64,000 bases of DNA from Isurus oxyrinchus. Taxonomy: Eukaryota. The stretch is from positions 41,664,001 to 41,728,000 of the forward strand of contig JANJGN010000002.1 of assembly GCA_026770705.1 (NCBI GenBank), in the 5' to 3' direction. Under the pieces are notes generated by a model that did no database searches, was not told the DNA's origin, and saw only the letters and a program-made list of their open reading frames with translations. Of the stretch, positions 48,654-61,212 are shown piece by piece. The translations under genes and the position numbers were made by a program. Numbering within the stretch: the stretch's first letter is position 1; each line of letters opens with the position of its first letter.

Positions 48654-51600
48654 ATGGTGTCCTTCCCCCCCCCACCCCCGCCCCACCACCATCACCCCCA
48701 CCCCCAACTCCCACCCCCTCCCCCCACCCCACCAAGCCACACAAGCCTTTATGAACTCTCACATCTCTCTGCTGACTCTCCTTGAGAGGCAGAGATCCAG
48801 GTTGGAGGGTGTGGGGTGGAGGGGTGGGTCACCCAGTGTCAGGCACCTTGTCGGCCACAGGGAATGCATGCCCACTTGCTCCATTGGGAAGGAGTTCTTG
48901 TTGCATGAAGTGACTGATGTTCAGGCACATCAAGGGAACTGATCCCCTGCCTATAGGCCCGATGTGAGGATCTCATCTCCTTCTAGAGTGGAAGGTCATC
49001 TGCTTTAGGAAAAGGCAGCTGCTGCTGCTGTGTTGCATCTGCTGCTGGAGCTATTGGTGATGGTGTGGCTTCTGCTGTTGCTCCTCAGCAGAGGTGGACG
49101 GTGATACTACATAAGTTACTTTCATGCTGTGGTGAAGTCTGGCAACAAGAATGTGCAACTGAAGGTGCGTGCAGTGCTAGACAGGTGAGGTGCCTTCCAA
49201 GAAGTTGGGAATTATCAATGGTGCAGTGAAAGCACTCTCTGAGAGAAGAAATGCTTTGAATAGTAGTCCCTCAATGGCCATGGCTGGAGCTCTTCAGTGT
49301 AACTGATCAAAATCTTCCCAGCTTGTCAGTTTCACTGAAGATGTTTTTCTCACTGTGTGCTCGGCTGATGACCCTGGTGAATTGCTGACAGTTCAGGTAA
49401 CAAATCCACTGGCTGGGAAATCCAAGATAATGGGTTAAAACAGCTCTTAACTGTCTTTCTAACAATCCCAATGACTTCTTAATGACTTACCCAACGGATC
49501 CAAGGGGCTTCCCTGCTCGAATTCAATCCCTTCCTGAGGAAAGCCGAAAAGGGAGGGGTGACGTCGGGATTCTGATCCTGCGTCAATTTCAGGGACTTTC
49601 CCACTCCAGATGCACCAGAACACATCTCCACTGGGAAATTTCAGCCCAAACTTTCGGGATCTTACTTCACCGAGAGTAAGCACCTGTAGGAAAGGAGGGG
49701 AGAAAATTCAAGGAAAATATTTTGGCCTCCTTAATTCTGGCATCCAATTTTGTTCACAGTACCTCTTCATAATACTCCTGTTGTTGCTTTGATTGCTGTT
49801 CTGCCGTTCCTTTTCAAAATGAGACAATACAAATCGTAAGTAAGAATGAAATCTCTAGAGTCAGCACTCAAGTGGGTTGAACCGCCAGGATATCAAACCT
49901 GTGAGTCAGACAGACATTGCTGGCAACATAGTTCCTTTCAAAATGTGCTATCTTTTCACACTACATGCTACAGTATGGCAAAGATGCTTAGTACTTTAAA
50001 ACATTTGTCCACTTGAAAGAACTAAGAACACTTAAGATCTGCAATCAGGCCTCAGTGCAATGGAATCACATGGCACTGATAAATCCCCATGACATATTTC
50101 AATAACTCGCTCCAACACCGATCAGCAGGCATCTCTTTGACTGCATCTCTGACAGGTTACTGGTATATTTTAATATCAAACATTAAGGCACCGAACAAGT
50201 CATCTCAGCATGAAAATAGCTGTGGCATTCTTCAGTATAAAAAGGCAAGCATTGTAAGCGAATCTGAGAGTGTGAACTTACCACTGACAAGGTTTTGACA
50301 CTGTTTTTTCACAGCCGGAACATATCCAGGTGATGTTGACAAGAATGTGATAGTGTCATTGCTCACTACAGCTGGAGATATGAACATGCCAAAGTGAAAG
50401 TTTTGAATGAGGCCCAATGTATGATTTGTATACTCAGCACTTCTACCTCCCCACAGACTGTGCTAAGCGTAGTTGGAACATTTTAAACATATGGCCCTGA
50501 AAATCCATGGAGATTCTGCTGGCCCCTTCCATTACTCAGGAGACTAGTGGAACCCATCAGGAAAAACTGTCAGCAATTCAGTTACACTGGGGCACCCTCC
50601 AAGTGTTTCTGGGATGCCGTCTAAAGGGCAGAACGCTGCCTTTTACTTCTAAGGCAAAATATCATTGGAGGACAGAGATGTGTTGCTATTGCAGGTGCAG
50701 GGGCAGCTTGGACCTGCGCTATGAAATCTAGGTGAAAGGGCACCTGAGGAGCTGGATAGAAAGGGGCACATGAGCTATCATCAGTAGAAAAGACGACAGA
50801 CTCTAGCCATGGGTCCCTGGGTCTGAGTGCCTGCTGATTGGCAGGAGGGCAGACATATTGGCATCAGCTAGATCGTTCAGACCCTGACACATGGTATCCT
50901 GAAGCTCTCAGGAGCCTCCTTCCATTGTCAAATTGTTAAACCACTCTCTACATTATAAAGGTGCTCTGGGATCCCATGAGGTGGCATTCACTGCCACAAC
51001 CACCACTCCCCATATGTGCATCATATTCTAGGTGAGTCTCTGACCCCTGGCCCCAAATGAACCATCTCTCCTATTCTATATGACCATCACAAGGATACGC
51101 AATCTGGATTTCTGAACACCACTGCTTGTTTCTTTGCTGTGGCTGCTAAACTATCGCTCAGGCTCCCTGTTTTCATAAGTTCTTCTGTTGTTTAAACAGC
51201 AACATATTTCATATGCTGCTGCTACTGTATCTCCTTCAGGTATTCCATTCCCCAGTATTGACAATTCCTACCTTGACACAAGCATTGCTGAAAAACTAAA
51301 TTAATATAGGAAATGTCAGTTCAAACTAACCCTCATGACTGAATCTTTGGTCATTTATGACTAGTACTTTAATTATACATGTGATTTATATCCACTGTTT
51401 CCTACACTCTCTATAAAATATCCTTTATATTCCTAGTGACTTAGTTGCTTACAATTAAAAATAGTTTTGATCACTTGACTGCATGATAGCTCTGACGCCC
51501 AGTTTTCTGTGTATTGTATAGGCTTTATCTACACTCATTACTGTCTTTAGTCACTGATAACTTTTGTGTAGACAAGATACAAAGCCCCTTCCGAGACAAA

Positions 51601-53039
51601 CTGGATCCAAGACATGATAAGGATCAGTTTAGATGAACATTTGCTGTCATAGCCTCATCCTGTCAAGGACAGGATTGGTTTTTCAGGTCAAAGGACATCC
51701 TTTACCATATTTTACAAACAATTCTGTTTTGTTTTCTGCCTGAGATATCACAACTGTTTGCTTTTGGTCTTTGATTATGCAACTGCTCAGAATTACGATC
51801 AGTGATATGTCGAGATACTTTAATCTAAGATAAACAGGAAACGTCATAAATATGCTAGTCTAGAGCTTCCCTATTATTAAATATTGAGTTGGTTATCTTG
51901 TTATCTCGTAATGTGCCACCAGAGTATAATAATGTGAATTACAAAAGAATCCAAATGTGAAGCTGTAGCTTTGTTTGTTAAAAACAGAATACTGTGCTAC
52001 AGTTAGGAAGTCATAAGTACACCTATTAATGAAGGGTGAGTTTTTACATCAGTGAATCCCTTCTGAAACTTATCCATGACCTTGATATTCTTCCTAAATT
52101 GAGGTGTCCAAAACTTAACACAATGGAGTAGAAATTAAATGTGTTGGATCTGTTTTGTGGGTATAAAACCTATGCAAAGTATACCAATTTTAGGAAGGGG
52201 ATGGATGGCCTGTACCAAATCAGTGTTGGTGTTCATCCCATTGCTAATTTATAAGTAAATATAAGTAAGCAATTTTCCACATAAAGGAAGTTTAACTCCA
52301 TTTCAATATAATATGGGGAACCCAAATTTTCCAAATGTCACCTATAACATACTCTGTCAATGTTCTCCATGACAGACTGTTTATTATGTCAAGTCAGTGA
52401 ATTGTCACTTTTTTCCACATTTTTTTTTTGTTAGTCCTCTACAAATCAGAGTCAATGAGCCAGAATTACCTGCGGTGTGTGCAAAAAAAACCCTATAATT
52501 TATAATAATTATCACATCAGCCCACCCATTCAGCAGGAGTAGCAAACCTTGTCAAAGTGCTGAGAGATGGATTTGAACTTTTACTTTTGGCAATAACTGC
52601 ACACTGCAGGCAATCATTGTGTGCAAGTTCAAAGGAAGAAAGGTGGAATATTTGAATAGCAATGTACAATGTCCATAGCAACATTTTTGTAATGGTTTGC
52701 ATTCTTTCCGTCAGGCTTAAGAGAATGGTGAGAGATTTACTCCCAAGCCTCCATCAAAATGCCAGAGAGACACGTTGGAGTCACCCAGGGAGTGGCTCTC
52801 CCTCACAATTGTTCTTACTTCCTATAGAGTCACCATCATCATCTCTGCCAAACACCAACACAACTTTGCACGCCTTGAGGATGTAAATAGCAAAGTTGAT
52901 GAGGAAGCATAAATATGAGTTACAGTTCACATGTGAGGAGAAACAAGTTATTGGACCAGGATCAGCTACATGAGACACTTGTGCCCATGCAAGATACACT
53001 GTGAGGTCTGATGAGTAGTTTGGCGGGCTCCACTGACTA

Positions 53040-53760
53040 CTTATAGGTGAAGAGTTTTCAGCATTGCAGTCTGTCAGCCCTAACCAGCACAGCTCATGGA
53101 CAAAGTAATCTTGCAGATGTTATTTGTAAAGTCAAAAAGCAACAACCTCTAAGCTGCCAGAAGTTGTGGACAAAGATGAGTGGACACACTAAGGGAGTGC
53201 CAGGTAGACTGACATGCCTGGAATATACACATATCAGTCAACTGGCTCTCAAGCCAATGTAATATATATTCCATTAAGCAACATTGCACAAGTGAGAGCA
53301 GAGGAACCAGAAAGGAGGCAGGACCAGTGGTCACTACAGCACTAGGTGTGGCCGACTCAAATGCAGAACTCCTGTAATTCAAGTCACAGGGCACCAGAAA
53401 TCCAGCAATCTGTCAGGGGAATGATGGGAGAAGTGGGTTAGATGGTAGATGGCAAACTCAATCCACCAAGCCATGGAAAGCATCTTCCCAAAGCATACTA
53501 CCCATAGTCAGACACTACACAATGGATGAAATAAATGCACCGCATTTGATCTGAACCTAATGTTGAATTTTTATGTGTCCTTCCAGGGCCTAGCAAAGTT
53601 TGGAATAGATGTTATTTCAGGACATGTAGAGGGAAGTGAAGAAGAGCTACCTGGGGGAAGGTTACTTGAAGGTATAAATTACACCTACAAGAAATGTGAC
53701 AACCCTGGCACTGACCCAGAAAGAATGCTACTGAACAAATATTTTTGCTATCCTGTAGTT
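53040..53760 (+). pseudogene. Very old Harbinger-like transposase relic
   Basis: SFQH...STAH...ADVIC, GVPGRLTCLEYTHI (compare the GFPGVIGAIDCTHI motif), NRK, an acidic linker and RMLLNKYF, in the expected order. Confidence 0.45.
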
Positions 53761-54199
53761 CAGTAGCCAATTCCTTGATGTCACTTGGGAAAAAAACTAT
53801 AGTTAGAAAGTAATGGCTTGGGCAGGAGGAAGTCATTTGTCCATCCAGCCCATCTTTCCAAACTCCTATCAGTTTTGTGATTCCCCCATTTGCTCTACTA
53901 TTGCTTTGCCATTCTGTTTCTTGTGGCCCTGACAAGGCCTCTTTGCCAGGGGACATGCAGCAAATGAAATTATTATGAGGCCCTGCGGGGTGGGGTGGCA
54001 GGGGGGTGGTGCGGGTGGAGTTGAGTGGTGGTGTTTGTACTGGAAAGGCTTTGCAATTGGTTAAGATATCTGAAATGCTGCTTTAAGACCTCAGTTATAT
54101 GTTTGATATTCATTCTGCTTGATGGACTAGCTTCATTGTACAGGGACTCTAAATCTTGTCTATGATTGATGCTAGGGTGCTATCATCCCTGAAGAAAGA

Positions 54200-54605
54200 A
54201 AGAGCCAGCATTCATATTGCAGCTTTCATGATCTTGACCAATGGAGTGCAGTCACTGCTGTAATATTAGGAAACAGGGCAACCAATTTTCACACATGGTA
54301 CCACAAACAGTAATGAGATAAATAATCCAATATCTGCTTTAGTTATGTTAGTTGGGGGTTAAATATTGGTCAGGACACAGGGAAAACTCCCCTGTTCTTC
54401 AAATAATACCACTGGATCTTATACACCTATCAGAGATGAGATACAGGGCCTTGGTATGACCACTCATTGAAAATTGGCACCTCCAGCAGTACAGCACTCC
54501 TATAGAGTTGTTATAAAGCCAACCTAGATTATGAGCTCAAGTCTCTGGAGTGAAGCTTGAACCCAAACTTTCTGACTCAGGAGTGAGATTGCTACTACTG
54601 AGCTA
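54200..54605 (-). mobile_element. DeuSINE-like (SacSINE1-type) SINE, near full length
   Basis: Minus strand has a tRNA-like head TAGCTCAGTAGTAGC...GGGTTCAAG, a Deu-domain-like core (AAGATCCAGTGGTATTATTTGAAGAACAGGGGAGTT..CCCTGTGTCCTGACCAATATTT) and an L2-like tail. Family name is from memory, not from a search. Confidence 0.7.
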
Positions 54606-55374
54606 ATGCTGACACCTATATCTACAGGAGCTAGCTTCGATTTCCCAGGAGCCATGGTGTTTTACTATGTTAAGGGTGCTAAATAAATGCAAGTGGCTGT
54701 TATTTTAAAAAGGATGAAATGGGTGGAAACATACAAATGCAGGGTCAGGGAGGCAGGAGTAATAAGAAAACAATCCCTCTACCTCATTTTTCTGTGTTCC
54801 TACCTGATGGATGTCAAGAATGGGCAGTGGAATTGCGCTCAGCCCTTTTAGATTGGAGGACTGAAAAGAGTTGCCAGCAACCTCCATGGGGAGGGAGAGC
54901 AGCTGGAACAGATGTGTGCTGTTTCTTTGCAATAACATCATACACTCTCAAGTAACAAAATTCCATTTTTCCGCAATTATGTGTCTTGACATGAATTTCA
55001 GTTTCATGCCATGTTTTACAGCAAACTCAGGAAAATGGTTCATTAAACAGTTTTCAAAAGTAAAAAAAAGTGATTCTTTAATAACGGGCATATCTTTTCA
55101 AACTGAACCAGAAGAGTTTTCTCTGACTGCTAGAATGCTTGTATTCTGAAACCCTTTCAAAGTGAACCATGTGCTTTCCAAATGTGGCTGCCATAGTAAA
55201 ACGCAAAAGATTCTGATATTTCATAGCTATGTATAGAACCTGGACCAATTAGAGACCAGTGAGTTTCATTTTGTCAGCCGATACTAAAAGGCTTGTCTTT
55301 GATGCCCCATATTTGACTAATGTGCTAAGTATTGACTATAGTTTAAAATGTGTGATAGCAAGTTAATCAGGAAG

Positions 55375-55732
55375 ATAGTGGTGTCATGGTAATGTTACTG
55401 GACTGGAGGCCCAGGCTAATGCCTTGGAAACATGGGTTCAAATCCCACTGTGGTAGCTGGTGGAATTTAAATTCAATTAATAAATCTGGAGTATAAAGCT
55501 CATTTCAGTAGTGGTGACCATGACAACTACCCTTAGGGAAGGAAATCTGCCATCCTTACCTGGTGTGACCCACATGTCACTCCAGACCCACAGAAATGAG
55601 GTTGACTTTTAACTGCCCTCTGAAATGGGCAGTCTGCCTTAGCAAGCCTCTCAGTTCAAGGGCAATCAGGGATGGGCAACAGATGCTGGCCTTGCCAGTA
55701 ACACCCACATCCCATGAAAGAATAAGGAAAAA
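55375..55732 (+). mobile_element. tRNA-headed SINE, near full length
   Basis: B-box GGTTCAAATCCC (~55434-55445); body collinear with 42134-42420; tail GGGCAATCAGGGATGGGCAAC...CACATCCCATGAAAGAATAAGGAAAAA. Confidence 0.8.
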
Positions 55733-56589
55733 TCATTCATACATCATGGCCAATATTCGCTTCCATGGAAAGAAAAATCATCCATGGAGTATAATGGGCG
55801 ACCATTTTGATATCCATTTTACACTCTCTCCTCCCATTTTACTTGGGATCGCTACAATGCTGATTGACCACCCATCTACTTGTCCTCCTATGAGTCACTC
55901 ATTCCTCATCCAATTCCATTATATTTAACACCTTTTTCAACATCTTTAAGGTCTTAAGCTTTCTTCTTCTCCTTCCTCCTGGCAACCTCACCACTTTTCC
56001 TCTCTCTCTCTCTCCGCAACAGATGACCATACCATTTCAATTTCTTCATGGCTACTTTCTTCAATGCTCCTTCAATCTTCATTGACCCCCAGATGATTTT
56101 GCCCTTTCTTGTTACTCAACATATCCATCTCAGCATCCGCATCTCTTTGGTATCCACCCATTGTTCCCCTCTACCACTGGTGCAGGCAAGTCAGTGTGTA
56201 TCAATGCCAGCCCCAAGCCCAAATAAATGAGGGGGTTAGTGGCAGGAGTGGCATACAGCTGTAAAACCGCGTGCCAAAACTAGATGTTGGTTGATCATCC
56301 ATTTTACCATACTGCCCAAAATCAAAATTACCCTCTCCAGTCTGGGCAAATGCAGAATTTGCAATGTTTTTCTAATGCTGCAGGCTTGTGGTAATGGAGC
56401 TGGGCCTTGATGTTACCATCCATACTCAGCACTAGTGAGACTCCTTTGCTGGGAGATGAAATTACCACCATCAAGAAAGGCAGCTCGGGTGAGGTGCCAC
56501 AGGGTAACTGCCGTCCATTTCAGTGCAAATTCTTTCTTTTCATTGAACCCTCTTACAGCATGACAGAACACCTTGAGGTAAGAAGGAAC

Positions 56590-56930
56590 TGAATTTATAG
56601 TGACTTTATCACGTTCCCTGAATGCCTCATAGTGCTTTGTAATGAATGAATTACTTTTAACATGCAGTCACTGTTGTTATGTGGGCAAAAGTGGCAGCTG
56701 CTTTGCATACTGCAAGGCCCCATGAACAGCAAATTAAATGAATGAGCAGTTAATTTGTTTTTGGTAGCATTGGGCAAGGCGGGTGGGATCTTGGCCAGAA
56801 TATTAGGAAATCTCTATTTTCTTCTTCAAATAGTGCAGTCTGTGAGATGTCCAGATGAGACACACCAAAGACTCTGCCTCACTCCCTCAGGAGTAGACCT
56901 TCTACATGCAATCTTCTAACACAGAGGCAT
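56590..56930 (-). mobile_element. Degraded DeuSINE-like copy
   Basis: Collinear with 54200-54605 (GCAGTCACTGTTGT, CTTCTTCAAATAGTGC, ACTCCCTCAG, CTTCTAACACAGAGGC). Confidence 0.5.
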
Positions 56931-56992
56931 GAATACTTTCAAGTTGTAAGGAAAGGTGAGGTAAAATAAAATCTTTTGACAACAGCCTAACA

Positions 56993-57494
56993 GAGTATTC
57001 TGTTTACAGTGCTGATCATTAATATTTTCTCTCTACTTCTGCATTTGTGCTGGAGTACAAATTTCTACATTTATATACCTCTTAAATATGTATATTCAAA
57101 ACTTGCAGCTTATACAAAGTCAAAGCTTGATTCAGAATGGAAATGACAAACACAGACTTCAATCATAACTTGTGGCAATGATAAATCCTTTGAAACTGTC
57201 CATTATTGCATATAAATCTGTGACTAAATGGAACACTAGCAGCAACTGGAAATTGTGCAAAACATCAATGGATTCTGCTTATCTGTGCACAGAGACAGTG
57301 TGTCTCTGCAACCAAAGCTAAATTCACAGCATGACTTTATAATGATCTTTAATAAACATGTGACTTTTTGTCAAATGGAGAAATTACTGTTTAAAGACCT
57401 GGAGTATACTGTTTGCAGTGTTGATCATTAACATTTTCTCTCTGTTCTGCATTTGTTCTGGTGTACAAATTTCTACATTTATATACCTCTTAAA
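56993..57494 (+). repeat. ~94-bp direct repeat pair (56993-57086 and 57402-57494)
   Basis: GAGTAT.CTGTTT.CAGTG.TGATCATTAA...GTACAAATTTCTACATTTATATACCTCTTAAA occurs twice, with a 315-bp spacer. Confidence 0.85.
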
Positions 57495-59167
57495 CACACT
57501 CACCACATGTAATATTATCTGTGGGATTACTGTGTACCGTAGTTGCATAAGCCTTTTTTGGATGGAGTGATAACCCTGTAAAAACTCACCCTGATATCTC
57601 CATCCACATTGCTATTGCTTACTGTTCTGTAGCCATTTTCTATGCAGAGTAATGTCAGTAATTATTGCTTCCCAAACTTATTCATTTACAATTTTTTAAC
57701 TGAAGCTTCAGAGTTAAAAATATCTGTAAATAAACCCACCAATATCATAGCAAAACCTCTCAGAGCTCAGTTTACTTTAGTGTATTAATATAATGCATGA
57801 ATGAATGAGCTGTAACACAGTTTATAAAGTAAAATGGAAAATCTGGGAACAAAGGGCCAGAAGCTTTATGTCATACTTCTATTAATGCTGGTCGAGTATG
57901 TAATCATTTTTAATAATTAAAATCATTTTAGCATTTAACGAATGTGTAAGTTTCAAAAGGCATTCCATTCCCAAAAAGCTTAATCCGCTCTGTTTCATTT
58001 CAGAGATGTGTGCTAGTGTGATCCTCCGAAGTGTTACAAATGACTTGTATAAGAGACATTAAGCATTAATTACACCCCTCACGCAAACCCATAGTTACAA
58101 TTGAGAAAATTGCTTCTTTAAATACTTGCCCCTTTCTAAATGTTGATTCTTCCAACAAGTTAGGTTTACTTTTAGCCAAACTCAAGGACAGATGGAAAAG
58201 CGCATTGCTAATTCAATCCAGTGTTAGAGCAGTAAATTTAAATAATTGCAGCTGAAATTAAAGCAGAAAATGCGGAAAAAGGTCACAGCTGAAACTTTAA
58301 CCTCTTTCAGATGCTGATTATTCTGATTTAACTGCAGAATAGTTTGTTCTTAACATTATATGTCCAGCTTTTATTGATTTTATTTCTATCTGTAATACAG
58401 CTAAAACATTTGTAAAAATCTATCCCATTTCAGCTCCATTAACCTGTTGTGTCTACTCTTCAAATGTGAAGTGCTTTAGAATATCATGAGGTCCTGAAAG
58501 ATGCTATATAAATGTAAGTTCTTTCTTCTTTCTAACTATAGTAATGTATCAATTTTAACTCTGAGCTGGTCGAGGGAGCGAACGATTGCTACAATTCATA
58601 TCCTCACTGTGAATAACTGAGCAGGGAGCCAACCCCATTTGTGCTTTATCTTCCCTTTACCCAAATCATCATTCGTGACATGTGGTAAATAGTCAAATTG
58701 ACTAGAAATATCTTGGATGATGCCCATTATTCATTTAACTAAATTTGATTATTTCAACACACTCCTGGCCTCCCTTCCATCTTGCACCCTCCATGAACTT
58801 AAGCTCATCCAAAATTGTGCTGCCGGTATCCTAACTTGCACAAAGTTCCGTTCAACCTTCACCCTGTGCTCGCTGACCTATATTGGTTACTGTTAAGCAA
58901 TGCCTTGATTTTAAAATTCTCTTCCTTGTTTTCAAATTCCTTCATGACCTCACTTCTATTTATCTCTATAACTTCATCCAACCCTACAATCCTCTGAGAT
59001 ATCTACATCCCTCCAATTCTAGCCTCTTGCACATCCCCGACTTTAGTCACTCCACCATTGATGGCCATGCCTTCAGTTACCAAGGCTCTAAGTTCTGAAG
59101 TTTTGACCTTAAATCCCTCAACCTCATGACTTCTCTTTCCTCCTTTAAGGCACTCCTTAAAACCCAT

Positions 59168-61212
59168 GGGCGAATTTTTCCGCTCCCATTGGCGGCAGGT
59201 GTCATGGCGGGCATGAGCAGACAATATGGTGAGAAGGCCAAAAATTGCTGTTGTGAAACCAGTTTGTAACCACCCGCTCCACCCATCAATGGCAGACTGC
59301 GTTTCCCGCCGCTGCACATTGGGAACCTTATTTCAACATTTTAACATCTCATTATAAGCCCTGCTTGACTGGATCGTCCCCCCACACTGGATCATCTGGG
59401 CACGTTGGCATGATTTCATGCCAAAGTGTTTCACAACTGTACATGAGCGATGTGCACCTGGCAAGCTGCACTTCGCTCAGGACTTTGAGGTTTGTTTGCC
59501 TACCTTGCTTCAGACAGCACTTGCGGACATCATCGCCAGGCTACGCAGGCAGCACCACGTCACTTTTAGAGGGTCTCACCGGCAGGCTTCTACTGACCAG
59601 ACCAGCCGTAAGGCGGGTGTGGCTTTTCAACAGCTGCAGGAATAGGGTTTCCATGGAGAAGGGGAAGAAATGGCCTCAGGCAAGGGAAGAGGCTGCAGGG
59701 TGAGTGCTGTACTGGGGAAGGAGGGTATCTCAGGGTGTGTTTGGGGGCACAAACTGATCTGTGCAAGTGGCCTCGAGATGGTGGGGGCTGAGGAGGCAGT
59801 CTCCAGATGAGATGAGGTCCGATGGAGATGTGAGGGTATATGTGTGAGAGAGCGAGTGGTGATTTCCCTTGAGCTGGTAGTGAGTGAGATGCCAGTGAAT
59901 GCTTGGTTGGCTTGTGAGTGTGTGAGTTTAGAGTGATGAGATAGTTGCTTTACTCTGGCGGCACAGATGAGATCATTCATCCTTTTTCTGCATTGGATGG
60001 TCAACCTCTTGGGCAACATTTTACCCCTATTAGGGAATATGTGAGGGAGCGGGCGCAGGCGGGCAGGTTCCCGATCAGCGCCTCCAGTCAGGGGCGTGCT
60101 GCCATTTTATGTGGGTGGGCCAATTAAGGCCCGCCCAGCATGACGTTTGTTCCAGTCTCCAGATGAGATGAGGCCAGATGGAGATGTGAGGGTATATGTG
60201 TGAGAGAGCGAGTGGTGATTTCCCTTGAGCTGGTAGTGAGTGAGATGCCAGTGACTGTGTGGTGGACTTGTGAGTGTGCGTTCCCTGTGCAAGCAGTGGT
60301 GGGGGGGGGGATTCCCTGAGCCAGGAATGTGCACGAAAGAGTACACAGGTCTCCCTGAGGCAAAGTGCCGCCTCAGGGAGATCAGTGGAAGTTGTAAAAA
60401 TTTTTGGAAGACAAAAAAAATTCCTGACATGTCCCCTCATTTGACAATGTCAATTTCTTTCATTTCAACATTTTACAAACATTTTAAATTCCTCATGAAA
60501 CCTCATCCCGCCCTTGGATGAGGTTTCATGTTTTTTCTGAAGCCCGCCTGGGCTCTTCGCCTGCCCGCCAACTTTAAGGTTGGATGGGCAGGTCCATTAA
60601 TTAGCTTAATTAGTTTTTTAAAGTCCTTAAGTGGCCATTGACAGTTCGGTGGGCGCGCAGCCAAGTTGGCCCCTCGTCCGCTGAGCTGAAAATCTAAATG
60701 ACGCGGGGTGATGTCGGAACGCATGCCCGACATCACCCACATCATTTACGCATCGGTGAGCGGGCCCTGCCCCCCCCACTCACCAACCGGAAAATGCAGG
60801 CCCTTGTGTGCAGTGTTAGCACTGACCACCACAGCCACCACCTCCCAAGCCGGAGTGGTGAGAGTGCTGACCCTCCTGTGGCCAGAGCAGGGGTGGAGGA
60901 CATCACAGCGGGCTTCCGAAAAGCATTCCAATGACGGGTCACTGAGATCGTCTTGCCTGTCGCTGGAGCAGTCCTGGGTTTCAAGTACTGAGAACGGTGT
61001 GCATGGCTGCAGTTTAGATATGGCACCTGCAGTGAGGAAACGGTGAGGTAACAGCATGGCGGGCGATTCAGAGGCTGCCTGCCAGCGAAACGGCATGTTT
61101 CCTGTGGCTGCCTAATTAATGAAGCGGGAAGTGGACGAGACAGTACAAAACCTGCCATTGCAGCCGGCGGGTAAAACATCGCAAACAGTGCAAATCTGGG
61201 ATGTTTCTACCC
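59168..61212. mobile_element. Internally deleted Harbinger of the same family as 13098-19965; keeps Myb/SANT exon 1 (-), lacks transposase
   Basis: Termini GGGCGAATTTTTCC / GGATGTTTCTACCC. Both arms align to the 13098 element. Reads DVLHPCSGHRR..WEVVAVVVSANTAHK|MITE|RLTIQCRKRMNDLICAAR|GTAAAG. Confidence 0.85.
60011..60802. mobile_element. Harbinger-type MITE inserted in the Myb/SANT exon, carrying a copy of 59797-59922
   Basis: Termini GGGCAACATTTT / AAAATGCAGGCC with a perfect TSD CTT/CTT. Removing it restores AHKRLTIQCRKR. Confidence 0.88.

Larger units (their letters stand above)
47172..49647. mobile_element. Degraded Harbinger relic in the opposite orientation, with a nested MITE and a Penelope end
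   Basis: Termini GGGCGGAATCTTCTC / GGGAAATTTCAGCCC. Myb/SANT remnant on + at ~47555-47770 (EVIFPKDGRRRP...AWRQCTKR). Transposase N-terminal remnant on - at ~48835-48980 (AYRQGISSLDVPEHQ, LLPNGASGHAFPVADKV). Confidence 0.65.

Noticed and set aside
53555-53675. Exon-like segment (branch point, TTCCAG acceptor, GAAG|GTATAA donor)
   Set aside because: Better explained as the C-terminal part of an old Harbinger transposase relic. It matches no host protein I recognise and has no partner exons.
55375-55455. Possible tRNA gene (also at 8670, 42134 and ~54600)
   Set aside because: A/B-box heads are followed by SINE or LINE bodies, and there is no complete cloverleaf.
58258-58320. Degraded Penelope-end-like sequence (also ~47077-47170)
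   Set aside because: Too decayed; no hammerhead core remains.
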